A stretch of 64,000 nt of DNA, from IMG/VR virus record IMGVR_UViG_3300037493_005562; one strand, given 5' to 3'. Of this stretch, positions 47,067 through 55,106 are shown in pieces. The notes beneath the pieces are model-generated. The model made no database searches. It saw only the letters and a program-made list of their open reading frames with translations, and had not been told where the DNA came from. How positions within the stretch are numbered: position 1 is the stretch's first letter; every line of letters begins with the position of its first letter. The position numbers and the translations under genes were made by a program. Source of the DNA: an uncultured virus (IMG/VR IMGVR_UViG_3300037493_005562) (lineage: Duplodnaviria; Heunggongvirae; Uroviricota; Caudoviricetes).

Positions 47067-47363
47067 TCAGTCCGTCTTCTTGAGTGCTTCGGCAAAAGCG
47101 CCGAATCCCGCGGCGAAGGCCAAGCGCATCCGCTCTGATTGAGCGTCACGCTGCGCGTCCCTGGCGGTCTCTCGGGCGGCGTCCCAGGAAGGACGGAAGG
47201 TGTCGGACTTGTCCTTGTTCCCACCTTTGGCAATCAGCAGGTGCCACTTCGGTTCGGAGACGTCGTTCGAGCCGGAGTAGTCGGCACGGCGTTCAAGGAT
47301 TTCCTCATCTTCTGCGAGAGTGAGGGGGGCGTTTGCCGTAACGGTGACGACGCGGATGTTCAT
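47067..47363 (-). CDS. Hypothetical protein
   Basis: AGGAG RBS before ATG 47363. Confidence 0.65.
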   Translation of the reverse strand: MNIRVVTVTANAPLTLAEDEEILERRADYSGSNDVSEPKWHLLIAKGGNKDKSDTFRPSWDAARETARDAQRDAQSERMRLAFAAGFGAFAEALKKTD

Positions 47364-47374
47364 GTCGATTGCTC

Positions 47375-47902
47375 CTACAGAGGGGTTGTGTCGAACGAGT
47401 CCAAAGCTGCCGGACACTCGGATCGAATCACGGCGTGCCATGCGTCCCAAGTTCCTAGTACAACGTCGCGATTCAACGTTCGTAGGTTCGTGGGGTCGAG
47501 GTGTCGAAGCAGGGGTGTTCGGTACCTTCCGACCGTGAAGCCTTCTCCGAACGCAAGCATTGCGACGGTCGTGTCGTCGTCGAGGGGCCCGAGGATCCAA
47601 GTTCGCGCCCCAATACACGTTCCTAGCGCCCGTGCGATCGACGGTGTCGAGTCATCTTGAACCTCTGGCGCCCCGGTGACCCACTCCTTACGCGCGGCTA
47701 CGGGCACGACGGGAGCGAGCCCTCGTGCGTATGCGAAGGCGCCGATGGCGGCTACACGCTCGAAGGCTTCGAGGGGTCCGAGGATGAGCACCACGGGACG
47801 ATACGTCGGAAGCACGTACTTGGAGAGCGCCGTAGCTCGCGCTCGTTTCGTGCGCTTCGATGGGCGCTTGGACATCGGCCGGGTCGTGGGCTCGGTGGTC
47901 AC
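47375..47902 (-). CDS. Hypothetical protein
   Basis: GTGA overlap. Confidence 0.55.
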   Translation of the reverse strand: MTTEPTTRPMSKRPSKRTKRARATALSKYVLPTYRPVVLILGPLEAFERVAAIGAFAYARGLAPVVPVAARKEWVTGAPEVQDDSTPSIARALGTCIGARTWILGPLDDDTTVAMLAFGEGFTVGRYRTPLLRHLDPTNLRTLNRDVVLGTWDAWHAVIRSECPAALDSFDTTPL

Positions 47903-49113
47903 AGATCGCCCTCGCCACTTTCGTCACTCTCGTCGGAAGTCACCGTCTTGTCCGGACCGTTGATCCTGCGCACGGACGCTACCTCCTCGCGCCACGACTC
48001 GATGCCGAAGCGACGAACGCGGAGCGCGACCTCGACAATGAACGCGCCAGACAAGCCTTCGGTCGCGGCGACGAGGTCATCGATGGGGGCGTGCTCCGCA
48101 ACGGCGCCCAGATTGGCCGTGAGCAGGGTTCGGCGCAGTTGGTCGACAGGGAGGTGCAGGTAGAAAATCTCGTCCACACGTCCGGGTCGGATCCCCTCAC
48201 AGTGGAAGTCGGGATCGTCCGACATGACGGTGCCGATCACGAGTCGAACCTTTCCGCGCAGTGCCTCGAACAACGCGAGGATCTCCCCGGAGGCTCGACC
48301 GTCGAGTTCCAGATCGTCGAGGAGTAAGACGCTTGGAACGAGCAGCTCTGCGATCAACACGATGTTGGGGATCTCGATCACCCCGATCATCGCGGACGAA
48401 ATCTGGAGCACCCGTCCGCCGGGGCTCACGCCTCGCGCGATCTGGCGTGCGAGTACACCTTTCCCAACACCTGACGGACCCACGATTAACAACCCCCGCG
48501 TGCCATTTGGGTCATCTTCGTGGTGCCGCTTCACGCGATTCACGTAGTAGTCCGTCGCGGGTTCGCCGACGTACTCAGAACAGGGCGGTAGCGGAATGAT
48601 CGATCGAGATGCGGGGGTCGTGCGCTTCCCGCGCCCAGAGGGCCGGTTGCTCGCGGTCAGGGCGAGGTCCTTCCCTTGGGACCACACGATCTCCGCCAAC
48701 ACTTTGCGTTGGACTTCGGGATCCTTTACGTAGGCTTCAACGTACTGGGAGTCGAAGTCCTCGTTGTAGAGGAGCACAGTCGAAGCGTCGTCGAAGAACA
48801 CGAGGTTCCATTCCTCGTAGGACTCCTGCCTCCTGACGAGATGGGACGACGCGAGCAGATCGGCGACCAGCATGTGCAGGTCTTCGGACTGTTTCGTGTA
48901 GTCCAGGTCCCGAAGGTAGTCGATGAGGTTGTGGGCAGGGACAAGCTCTTCGACTACCTTGGCAACTGCTGACACGGCAGCGAGGCCGAAGGCGACTTTC
49001 CCGCCCACCTCGTGTGCGTGCCACACGTCTTCCAGCACCTCGCCGGACAACGCGAGCACTTCGCGGGCGCGGCGTACACGGGGATCTCGCAGCAGGGCGG
49101 TGATTCGGTTCAC
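47899..49113 (-). CDS. AAA+ ATPase
   Basis: Walker A GPSGVGKG, Walker B LLLDDLE, RPGRVD arginine finger, GLSGA.I. Confidence 0.85.
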   Translation of the reverse strand: MNRITALLRDPRVRRAREVLALSGEVLEDVWHAHEVGGKVAFGLAAVSAVAKVVEELVPAHNLIDYLRDLDYTKQSEDLHMLVADLLASSHLVRRQESYEEWNLVFFDDASTVLLYNEDFDSQYVEAYVKDPEVQRKVLAEIVWSQGKDLALTASNRPSGRGKRTTPASRSIIPLPPCSEYVGEPATDYYVNRVKRHHEDDPNGTRGLLIVGPSGVGKGVLARQIARGVSPGGRVLQISSAMIGVIEIPNIVLIAELLVPSVLLLDDLELDGRASGEILALFEALRGKVRLVIGTVMSDDPDFHCEGIRPGRVDEIFYLHLPVDQLRRTLLTANLGAVAEHAPIDDLVAATEGLSGAFIVEVALRVRRFGIESWREEVASVRRINGPDKTVTSDESDESGEGDL

Positions 49114-49352
49114 TTGGTGTTCTCAGGTAGGGGACTGTTGTGCTTCACGTATCGACCTTCCGCGTCCGCGCAGTAGCACGCGCGCGGGTCGTTCCGAATG
49201 AACGCGTGTAGATAGGGAGCGCAGACCGCCGTGCAGTCTTCTGTTTGTGCCGCGTCCCGACGAGCCTCTCCAAGGGCATAGGCAATCCCGATCACGCAAA
49301 CTATGCAGAGGAGGCAAAACCAGAAGATTGCGCCAAACTCTTTCAAGCTCAT
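49110..49352 (-). CDS. Small single-TM Cys-containing protein
   Basis: N-terminal TM; coupled. Confidence 0.6.
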   Translation of the reverse strand: MSLKEFGAIFWFCLLCIVCVIGIAYALGEARRDAAQTEDCTAVCAPYLHAFIRNDPRACYCADAEGRYVKHNSPLPENTK

Positions 49353-50026
49353 GTCGGCACCCGGGGCGATTCAAGTGTTGGCGGCGTCGGAACGCTCGCG
49401 ACCTCTGCGGGGCGCTTTTTTCGGTTTCCCCAGTCGCGGAAATTGTTCCCCGGCCATGTTCCGAACAATCCGGTCTCGCGCGCTTCCCGCATCCCCCGTG
49501 CGACGAGCAACCATGCAGCGTATGGCATGTCCCGACGGGTCAGGTTGCATCGGAAGCAGGCGGGTACGACGTTGCTCTGTATGTGGCCGATATCGTTGTC
49601 GATCCGGTCGAGGGTCATTCGGGATGAGTCGTCGCCGCAGTATTGACACTCGCGCTTGATGGCCTCACGGATGTACTCTCTTGTGAGATCGTTTTCTCTT
49701 TTCGCTTTCCGATCGCTGGATCTAGCGTCGGTGTAGATCCAACGATCCACGCTCCGCCCGTCTGCACGCATACGAGCCAGTCTTGCCAGTGAACGGACTG
49801 CGACTGGATCCACACCGCCATTTTCCTGTTTGCGCTCCAAGACACGCACCTTGTCCCTCTCTTTCCGACACTTCTTACACTTTGATTGAGGGTAGATCCT
49901 GGGTTTTGTCGCAGTGCCTTTATTACCCATCTTGAAGTCTGCGATAGGCAGGTCCAGTTTACACGCCGGGCACACTTTATGCGTTGGCGGTTCGTATCGT
50001 CCTACCTGTCCTAGTTTACGTCCCAA
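49349..50026 (-). CDS. HNH-like endonuclease with N-terminal zinc finger
   Basis: CPAC...CKKC; CQYCG...LDRIDN..GH...NVV.AC..CN. Confidence 0.75.
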   Translation of the reverse strand: MGRKLGQVGRYEPPTHKVCPACKLDLPIADFKMGNKGTATKPRIYPQSKCKKCRKERDKVRVLERKQENGGVDPVAVRSLARLARMRADGRSVDRWIYTDARSSDRKAKRENDLTREYIREAIKRECQYCGDDSSRMTLDRIDNDIGHIQSNVVPACFRCNLTRRDMPYAAWLLVARGMREARETGLFGTWPGNNFRDWGNRKKRPAEVASVPTPPTLESPRVPT

Positions 50027-50047
50027 CGGGGACCTCGGAGAAAGAGT

Positions 50048-50077
50048 GGGGCGTCACACTACCACGTGTGACGCCCC
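50048..50077 (-). terminator. 12-bp hairpin ending the tRNA-like RNA region
   Basis: ggggcgtcacac/gtgtgacgcccc followed by ACTCTTT on the minus strand. Confidence 0.55.
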
Positions 50078-50150
50078 GATGTTGGCAACACCCAAATGGG
50101 TGCCAGAATTGCAGAAGAGGAACGGCGTTTAAGCCTTTGGTCATACTCAC

Positions 50151-50222
50151 GTGAGCGCTCTATCATTAAACCAGCCGAGCATAGATGGGGCTCAGCCCGG
50201 GACTCAAACCCGGAACTCTCAC
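50151..50222 (-). ncRNA. Circularly permuted tRNA-like domain 2 (opened at the anticodon loop, YrlA-like topology)
   Basis: GTGAG-AGTT-[CCGGG TTTGAGT CCCGG]-GCTGAGC-CCCA-TCTAT-GCTCGGC-TG-[GTTT AATGATA GAGC]-G-CTCAC. Confidence 0.75.
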
Positions 50223-50290
50223 AGTCGCCATTGGCCGTCGAGATCCTCTCTAGTTTTCCTGTTGAGCTTGGGAGGAAACTTGAGCCTGAC

Positions 50291-50406
50291 ACACGTTCAC
50301 CGAGTCTTGAGCCCTTGGTAGGGAGTCTCGGCGCGTCTACCGTTTCGCCACCCGCGCGTGTTTGTGGAATGGTGCGCGGGGAAGGAATCGAACCTCCAGA
50401 ACGTGT
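50291..50406 (-). ncRNA. Circularly permuted tRNA-Leu-like domain 1 (opened at the variable arm)
   Basis: ACACGTTC-T-[GGAGG TTCGATT CCTTC]-CCCGCGC-ACCA-12nt-GCGCGGG-TG-GCGAAACGGTAGACGC-G-CCGAG...CTCAAGA-CTCGG-T-GAACGTGT. Confidence 0.8.
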
Positions 50407-50474
50407 TGTTTCAGCTTCAGCTTGACCCTTAGCTTGCCTCCAATCGTAAAAGAGTTTGATGTGGGGTGGGGGGA

Positions 50475-50663
50475 CTACGTCGTCGGAGCGAAAACGAGAA
50501 ACAAAGCGACGGTGGAGCAGGAGTTGAGGTTCCACTCCCGATGCGTGACCATGTACATCGCGCGACCGTACCTGACGGTGTCTCCGACCGCCGGGATCGC
50601 ACCCAGATCCAGCGTGACGGTACGTACCGTGGGATCTCCCTCGATGTGCAGCTCGACGGTCAC
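50475..50663 (-). CDS. Small hypothetical protein
   Basis: GTGA overlap; IPAVGDTV pattern. Confidence 0.55.
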   Translation of the reverse strand: MTVELHIEGDPTVRTVTLDLGAIPAVGDTVRYGRAMYMVTHREWNLNSCSTVALFLVFAPTT

Positions 50664-50878
50664 GCGGCCTTCGCCTTCCGCGACTCGACGAGAGCAGCGC
50701 GCACGGCCGAGTCCTTGGCGGCCAGGAGGTGGCGGAGGGCCACCGTCGTCTCCTGGTTCGAGGACTGCGACGCGATGATGTGCGCAAGGTCGTGGAACGG
50801 CTTGCTCGCGGCCTGAAGATGCTCCGGGAGGTGGGTGTACTCGAAGAAGTCGAGGACGAATTGCACCGCCGGGTTCAT
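50660..50878 (-). CDS. Conserved small helical-hairpin protein
   Basis: FF.Y.HLP.HLQ..SKPF..LA...E..VALR.LL.AKD.AVRA pattern. Confidence 0.75.
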   Translation of the reverse strand: MNPAVQFVLDFFEYTHLPEHLQAASKPFHDLAHIIASQSSNQETTVALRHLLAAKDSAVRAALVESRKAKAA

Positions 50879-51633
50879 CAGCTCGCCCCGAACAGGTACG
50901 TGAACACGGCGGCGGCGACGGGCTTGTCCTCGACGTCGAGACGGTTCGCGCGCTGGCGAGCGTCCTTCGTCGCGTCGATGAGCTTGTTCACGCGTTCGAG
51001 GATCGCGCGCTTCTTCGCGGGGGGGATCGCCCCCGAGAACTGCGCCTCGGTGTAGTAGCCCGTGATGACCTGATCATCGATGAGCTGCGCCTGCGCCGGG
51101 AGCGGGTTGAAGCCTTCCTTGAACTGCGCGGGCACGAGCGTCACGGCCGTCTTGCGGGTCTGCGTGCGGGCCTTCTTCCGAGGCTCGGAGCGGTGAACGC
51201 CCGTGACCGTGTCGAGCGTCCACTCCTTGTCGGAGGGGAGTTCAGGGAGCACGTCGACGGCCTTGCGGATGTCCGTGAGCTGCTTTTCGAGGAAGAGCAG
51301 GAACGTGACCGGGGCCTGGGCGACGATCGTGGTTCCGTCCACAACGACGTCGGCGCGGGCCCTCGTGTTCGCGTCGTCCTTCGTGGACTCCAGATCCCAC
51401 CACTCGGTCCACAGCTTCCGGTAGTCGGTGAGGACCATCTCGTGACGAAGCTGGACGAGCTTCACCTCGGCGGGGATCTCCTCTTCGGACTCGGTCGCAC
51501 GATCGTAGGTCTTGCTGATGCCTGCGAATTGGTCCGGCTTTTGTGCCTTCTTGTGGATCTCGGACAGGGCTTCGTAGTTGCGCGAGTGGACGCCCTTCTC
51601 AATCGTGATGATCTGGGCAAGCGAACGAGACAT
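50878..51633 (-). CDS. Conserved helical protein of unknown function (resembles the DUF7873 family from memory)
   Basis: LAQII.IEKG, F.GISKTY, KD.AN.ARAD, PVTFLLFLEKQL, FSGAIP, ARQRAN; GGAG RBS; strong codon bias. Confidence 0.75.
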   Translation of the reverse strand: MSRSLAQIITIEKGVHSRNYEALSEIHKKAQKPDQFAGISKTYDRATESEEEIPAEVKLVQLRHEMVLTDYRKLWTEWWDLESTKDDANTRARADVVVDGTTIVAQAPVTFLLFLEKQLTDIRKAVDVLPELPSDKEWTLDTVTGVHRSEPRKKARTQTRKTAVTLVPAQFKEGFNPLPAQAQLIDDQVITGYYTEAQFSGAIPPAKKRAILERVNKLIDATKDARQRANRLDVEDKPVAAAVFTYLFGAS

Positions 51634-51673
51634 GGTATAGGACTCCGTAGATTTCAGGTTTCGACACGACTAC

Positions 51674-51700
51674 ACTAACCAGTGTACACGCTCTGTCAAG
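51674..51700 (-). promoter_or_regulatory. Shared promoter-like motif copy 7
   Basis: cTTGACA-N14-GTTAGT. Confidence 0.6.
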
Positions 51701-51708
51701 GAGGCGAT

Positions 51709-52086
51709 ATGCGCGACCGACTGGAAGCCCTTGTGAACGCAGGCAAGGCCGTTCGAGAGGCAGGAACAACGGTACGGGACGCCGTGGTTGATGCGACACG
51801 CATCGTGCGCGAACACTCCCCCGCGCACACCGGCAACACAGGAATCGATGCCGCGTTCGACGCAGCAGAGGCGGGAATCGAAGCGGTGGACCGAGTGCAG
51901 AACGCGACAAGTACGGCAGGGATGAGCCTCGGCATGACGGCAATTACGACCGCGGTGTCTCTGGGTATCGACCCCGTCACGACAGCGGAGGCCGCACGGA
52001 AAAACGCGCGCCGTGCGATTCGCCTCGCTACCAAAATGATCGCGCCGAAGAAAAAAACGAAGAAGAAGTCAAGCCATCGCAAGTGA
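51709..52086 (+). CDS. Hypothetical protein with basic tail
   Basis: AGGAGG RBS before ATG 51709. Confidence 0.7.
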   Translation: MRDRLEALVNAGKAVREAGTTVRDAVVDATRIVREHSPAHTGNTGIDAAFDAAEAGIEAVDRVQNATSTAGMSLGMTAITTAVSLGIDPVTTAEAARKNARRAIRLATKMIAPKKKTKKKSSHRK

Positions 52087-52256
52087 CGAACACGACGTAC
52101 TTCACGTTGGTACACTACGAAGTGCGGTCGTTCTAGGCCCTCTATATACGCGCTTGTAAGGTTGCTTACCGCACGTGGCTCGGGCTACTGTTGATGCGTT
52201 GAACGAGACCGCGCGACACCTCGCGCCGCGTACACCGCGCACCGGAGATTCCGAGC

Positions 52257-53615
52257 ATGGCAGACACCACGAAGAAGGTTCACGTCATCAAGGCCCGCAC
52301 CGTCAAGAAGAACGGGAAGGTCTGCTGCTACCGCGTGCGCGACTTCACGGGTGGCACGAGTGCCGACGAGAGCACGAGCGCGGGCGCGCATCGGCTTGTC
52401 CAGGCAGTCATCGCAGCGCTGCTCAAGGCAGGCCACCCGGTCAAATACTACAGCGTCCGGGCAGACGGCAAGACGTCCTCCGCGTCTCTCTACACCATCA
52501 CAGACGGTCGAGTCTGCGTCTCGGCAATCGCGAAGGGGACTCCTGCGAAGAAGAAGCCCGCGAAGAAGGTCAAGCCCTCGAAGAAGACGGGCGCGAAGAA
52601 GCCCGCGAAGCGCACGTCGAAGAAGACGGTCGCCGCGAAGTCGAAGGGCGTCATCAAGAGCTACAAGAAGTTCTGCGCGGTCCACAAGCTGTTCGGCAAG
52701 AAGGCTGGCGCGGCGTGGAAGAAGTACAAGGCTGCGCACCCGAAGGACTTCCCCGAGACGAAGGCGTCGAAGAAGAAGGTCAAGCCCTCCGGCAAGAAGC
52801 CCTCGAAGAAGACGGGCGCGAAGAAGCCCGCGAAGCGCACGTCGAAGAAGACGGTCGCCGCGAAGTCGAAGGGCGTCATCAAGAGCTACAAGAAGTTCTG
52901 CGCGGTCCACAAGCTGTTCGGCAAGAAGGCTGGCGCGGCGTGGAAGAAGTACAAGGCTGCACACCCGAAGGACTTCCCCGAGACGAAGGCCACGAAGAAG
53001 AAGGTCAAGCCCTCGAAGAGGGTCGGCGGGAAGAAGGGCAAGCCCTCGAAGAAGACGGGCGCGAAGACGGGCGCCAAGAAGCCAACCAAGAAGCCCCGTC
53101 GCGGCCCGAAGAAGGGCAGCAAGCAGAAGAAGGTCGGTGGGTACACCTACCAGTCCTTCCGCGCCATGCACATCAAGAAGGGCACGCGCAAGAACTCGAT
53201 CAGCAAGCTCTGGAAGGAGTGGAAGGCGAAGCACTCGGCCAAGAAGAAGGCCCCGGCCAAGAAGCCGACCAAGGCCACGAAGAAGGCTTCCGCGAAGAAG
53301 GCACAGGCCAAGCGCGTGAAGGCGGCGAAGAAGCCTGCCAAGAAGAAGGCGGCGAAGAAGCCTGCCAAGAAGAAGGCGGCGAAGAAGCCTGCCAAGAAGA
53401 AGGCGGCGAAGAAGCCCGCCAAGAAGAAGGCGGCGAAGAAGCCTGCCAAGAAGAAGGCGGCGAAGAAGCCCGGCAAGAAGAAGCCGACCGCGGCTACGAA
53501 GAAGGCGGCGGCGAAGAAGTCCCAGGCAAAGCGCGCGGCCAAGACTCCAAAGGAGCCGAGCAAGGGCAGCGTTCTCCCGAGCGCCGCCGAAGTCACCGGG
53601 GCACGCAAGAGCTAG
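52257..53615 (+). CDS. Histone H1-like, extremely K-rich DNA-condensing protein candidate
   Basis: GGAGA RBS; PAKKKAAKK repeats; 75-aa internal duplication. Confidence 0.85.
   Translation: MADTTKKVHVIKARTVKKNGKVCCYRVRDFTGGTSADESTSAGAHRLVQAVIAALLKAGHPVKYYSVRADGKTSSASLYTITDGRVCVSAIAKGTPAKKKPAKKVKPSKKTGAKKPAKRTSKKTVAAKSKGVIKSYKKFCAVHKLFGKKAGAAWKKYKAAHPKDFPETKASKKKVKPSGKKPSKKTGAKKPAKRTSKKTVAAKSKGVIKSYKKFCAVHKLFGKKAGAAWKKYKAAHPKDFPETKATKKKVKPSKRVGGKKGKPSKKTGAKTGAKKPTKKPRRGPKKGSKQKKVGGYTYQSFRAMHIKKGTRKNSISKLWKEWKAKHSAKKKAPAKKPTKATKKASAKKAQAKRVKAAKKPAKKKAAKKPAKKKAAKKPAKKKAAKKPAKKKAAKKPAKKKAAKKPGKKKPTAATKKAAAKKSQAKRAAKTPKEPSKGSVLPSAAEVTGARKS
52572..53015 (+). repeat. Near-identical 225-bp tandem duplication
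   Basis: Two copies starting at about 52572 and 52797. Confidence 0.9.
53319..53483 (+). repeat. 27-bp tandem repeat, about 6 copies
   Basis: aaggcggcgaagaagcc(t/c)gccaagaag. Confidence 0.9.
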
Positions 53616-53687
53616 CTCTAGTGCGCAGAGGGGGATCAGGGTTACGTCCCTGGTCTCCCCGCTACCCCTTTCCGGAGATACTCGCTC

Positions 53688-55100
53688 ATGGCTCGCAAAG
53701 CGTCCGCAACGATCAAGGTCTCCCCGCTTCTCACCAAGGGCAAGCGCGGCGTTCAGAAATACTCGTACAAGATCACCCTCCAATTCGGTGGGAAGAAGTA
53801 CGATGCTCTGTATCCGTCAGCTCTCGCTGCTCGCCGGGTGCTCATCAAGCAGATCGCGGACTATCTCGATCTCGGGCACGGCGTGATCGCTGAGTTCATC
53901 GACGCTACAGGTACGGGCTTCCATGCTACGTACAAGGCCGACGGATCGATGACCGAACGCACGATTACGGGCAAGGTCATCGGCGCACGTTGCTCTCCGC
54001 TCCCGCGTACGGCGGCTGCGAAGGACGAGCGTCGCGCGGCGGGCAAGCCTCCGAAGAAGGCCAAGCCCGTGAAGAAGCCCAAGCCCGCGAAGAAGCCCAA
54101 GCCTGCGAAGAAGCCGAAGGCTGAACCCAAGATCAAGCCTGCGAAGAAGCCGAAGGCTGAACCCAAGATCAAGCCTCCGAAGGCCCCGAAGGAGCCCAAG
54201 AAGCCCGCGAAGCCAAAGGCAGAGAAGCGTCGTCCAGGTCGTCCCGAAAAGCCGATCACCGCGCAGATGACCCGGGCGGAACTCGCGCGTGCCGCGAGCC
54301 GCCGAGGAATCAAGTACCCCCGGGGTTGTGACAAGGCGACGTTGCTGGCACTTCTCACGGGTGCTCCGGCTCCGGCCCCGACTCGGGCGCCTTCGGCACC
54401 TCGTCCGACCACGGCACCGAAGCCTGCTCCGGGTCTGTCGCCTACGGCGCCTCGTCAGAAGCCGTTCGGCCCCATGCTCCGCTCGTACATGAAGAACACC
54501 GACGACGGTCGGGACGAAGCGAAGGTCTCCTTGTACCTGTCCAAGCTCACGGCTCCGCAGCTCGACGCGATCAAGATCGAGTTCAACAAGCCGGAGTACA
54601 CGATCTCTCCGTCTCGCCACGCCGTGTTCACTCGACAGCACGCGATTGCGGTGGCGACGGCTTCGGCCAAGCGGGGTCAGGGCGCAGGCGCTCCCGCGTT
54701 CGTGCCCCCTGCTGTGGCCCGTTCGATTCCGCCGGAAGGCATGTACCGTTCCCCTGGAAGTGGTACAGTGCGTCAGATCCCCGAAGGGTATCGTCAAACC
54801 CCTGGAGGAACTGTGCGTCAACGTACCCTGCCCCCTCTTCCCGAGGTCCCTCTGCCTGAGCTTCCTTCGCGTCCTCCTACGCCGTCGGGGCCTTCGGAGG
54901 ACGCGACGACTCGTCGCCGCACGCAGCCTGGGATGTATCGTACTCCGGGAGGATCCGAGCGTGCGATCCCCGAGGGGATGCGCCGTTCGCCGAGCGGCGC
55001 TTTGCGCCAGATCGAGGCCCCTGCCCCCGCAGCGTCCGACGACGCAGCAGATGCCGCGGCTCTTCAGGCACAGCTCGGTGCTCTCTTCGGTGGGGGCTAG
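53688..55100 (+). CDS. K/P-rich protein with possible HeH/SAP-like nucleic-acid-binding motif
   Basis: GGAGA RBS; KPAKKPK repeats; MTRAEL...A..RGI......KA.LL.LL. Confidence 0.8.
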   Translation: MARKASATIKVSPLLTKGKRGVQKYSYKITLQFGGKKYDALYPSALAARRVLIKQIADYLDLGHGVIAEFIDATGTGFHATYKADGSMTERTITGKVIGARCSPLPRTAAAKDERRAAGKPPKKAKPVKKPKPAKKPKPAKKPKAEPKIKPAKKPKAEPKIKPPKAPKEPKKPAKPKAEKRRPGRPEKPITAQMTRAELARAASRRGIKYPRGCDKATLLALLTGAPAPAPTRAPSAPRPTTAPKPAPGLSPTAPRQKPFGPMLRSYMKNTDDGRDEAKVSLYLSKLTAPQLDAIKIEFNKPEYTISPSRHAVFTRQHAIAVATASAKRGQGAGAPAFVPPAVARSIPPEGMYRSPGSGTVRQIPEGYRQTPGGTVRQRTLPPLPEVPLPELPSRPPTPSGPSEDATTRRRTQPGMYRTPGGSERAIPEGMRRSPSGALRQIEAPAPAASDDAADAAALQAQLGALFGGG

Positions 55101-55106
55101 TTTCTC

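Noticed and set aside
47899..49113. AAA ATPase as genome-packaging ATPase
   Set aside because: Motifs are classic AAA+ (RPGR finger, C-terminal GLSGA), not A32/FtsK-HerA or terminase type, and it sits in an accessory operon.
50151..50406. Ordinary tRNA genes or a two-piece tmRNA
   Set aside because: Halves are in reversed order, so these are not canonical tRNAs. Neither acceptor stem has the G3-U70 alanine determinant, both have full D arms, and no tag reading frame was found.
52175..53893. Long alternative-frame and antisense ORFs over the K-rich gene
   Set aside because: By-products of repetitive AAG/GCG codons; only the 52257 frame has an RBS and coherent composition.
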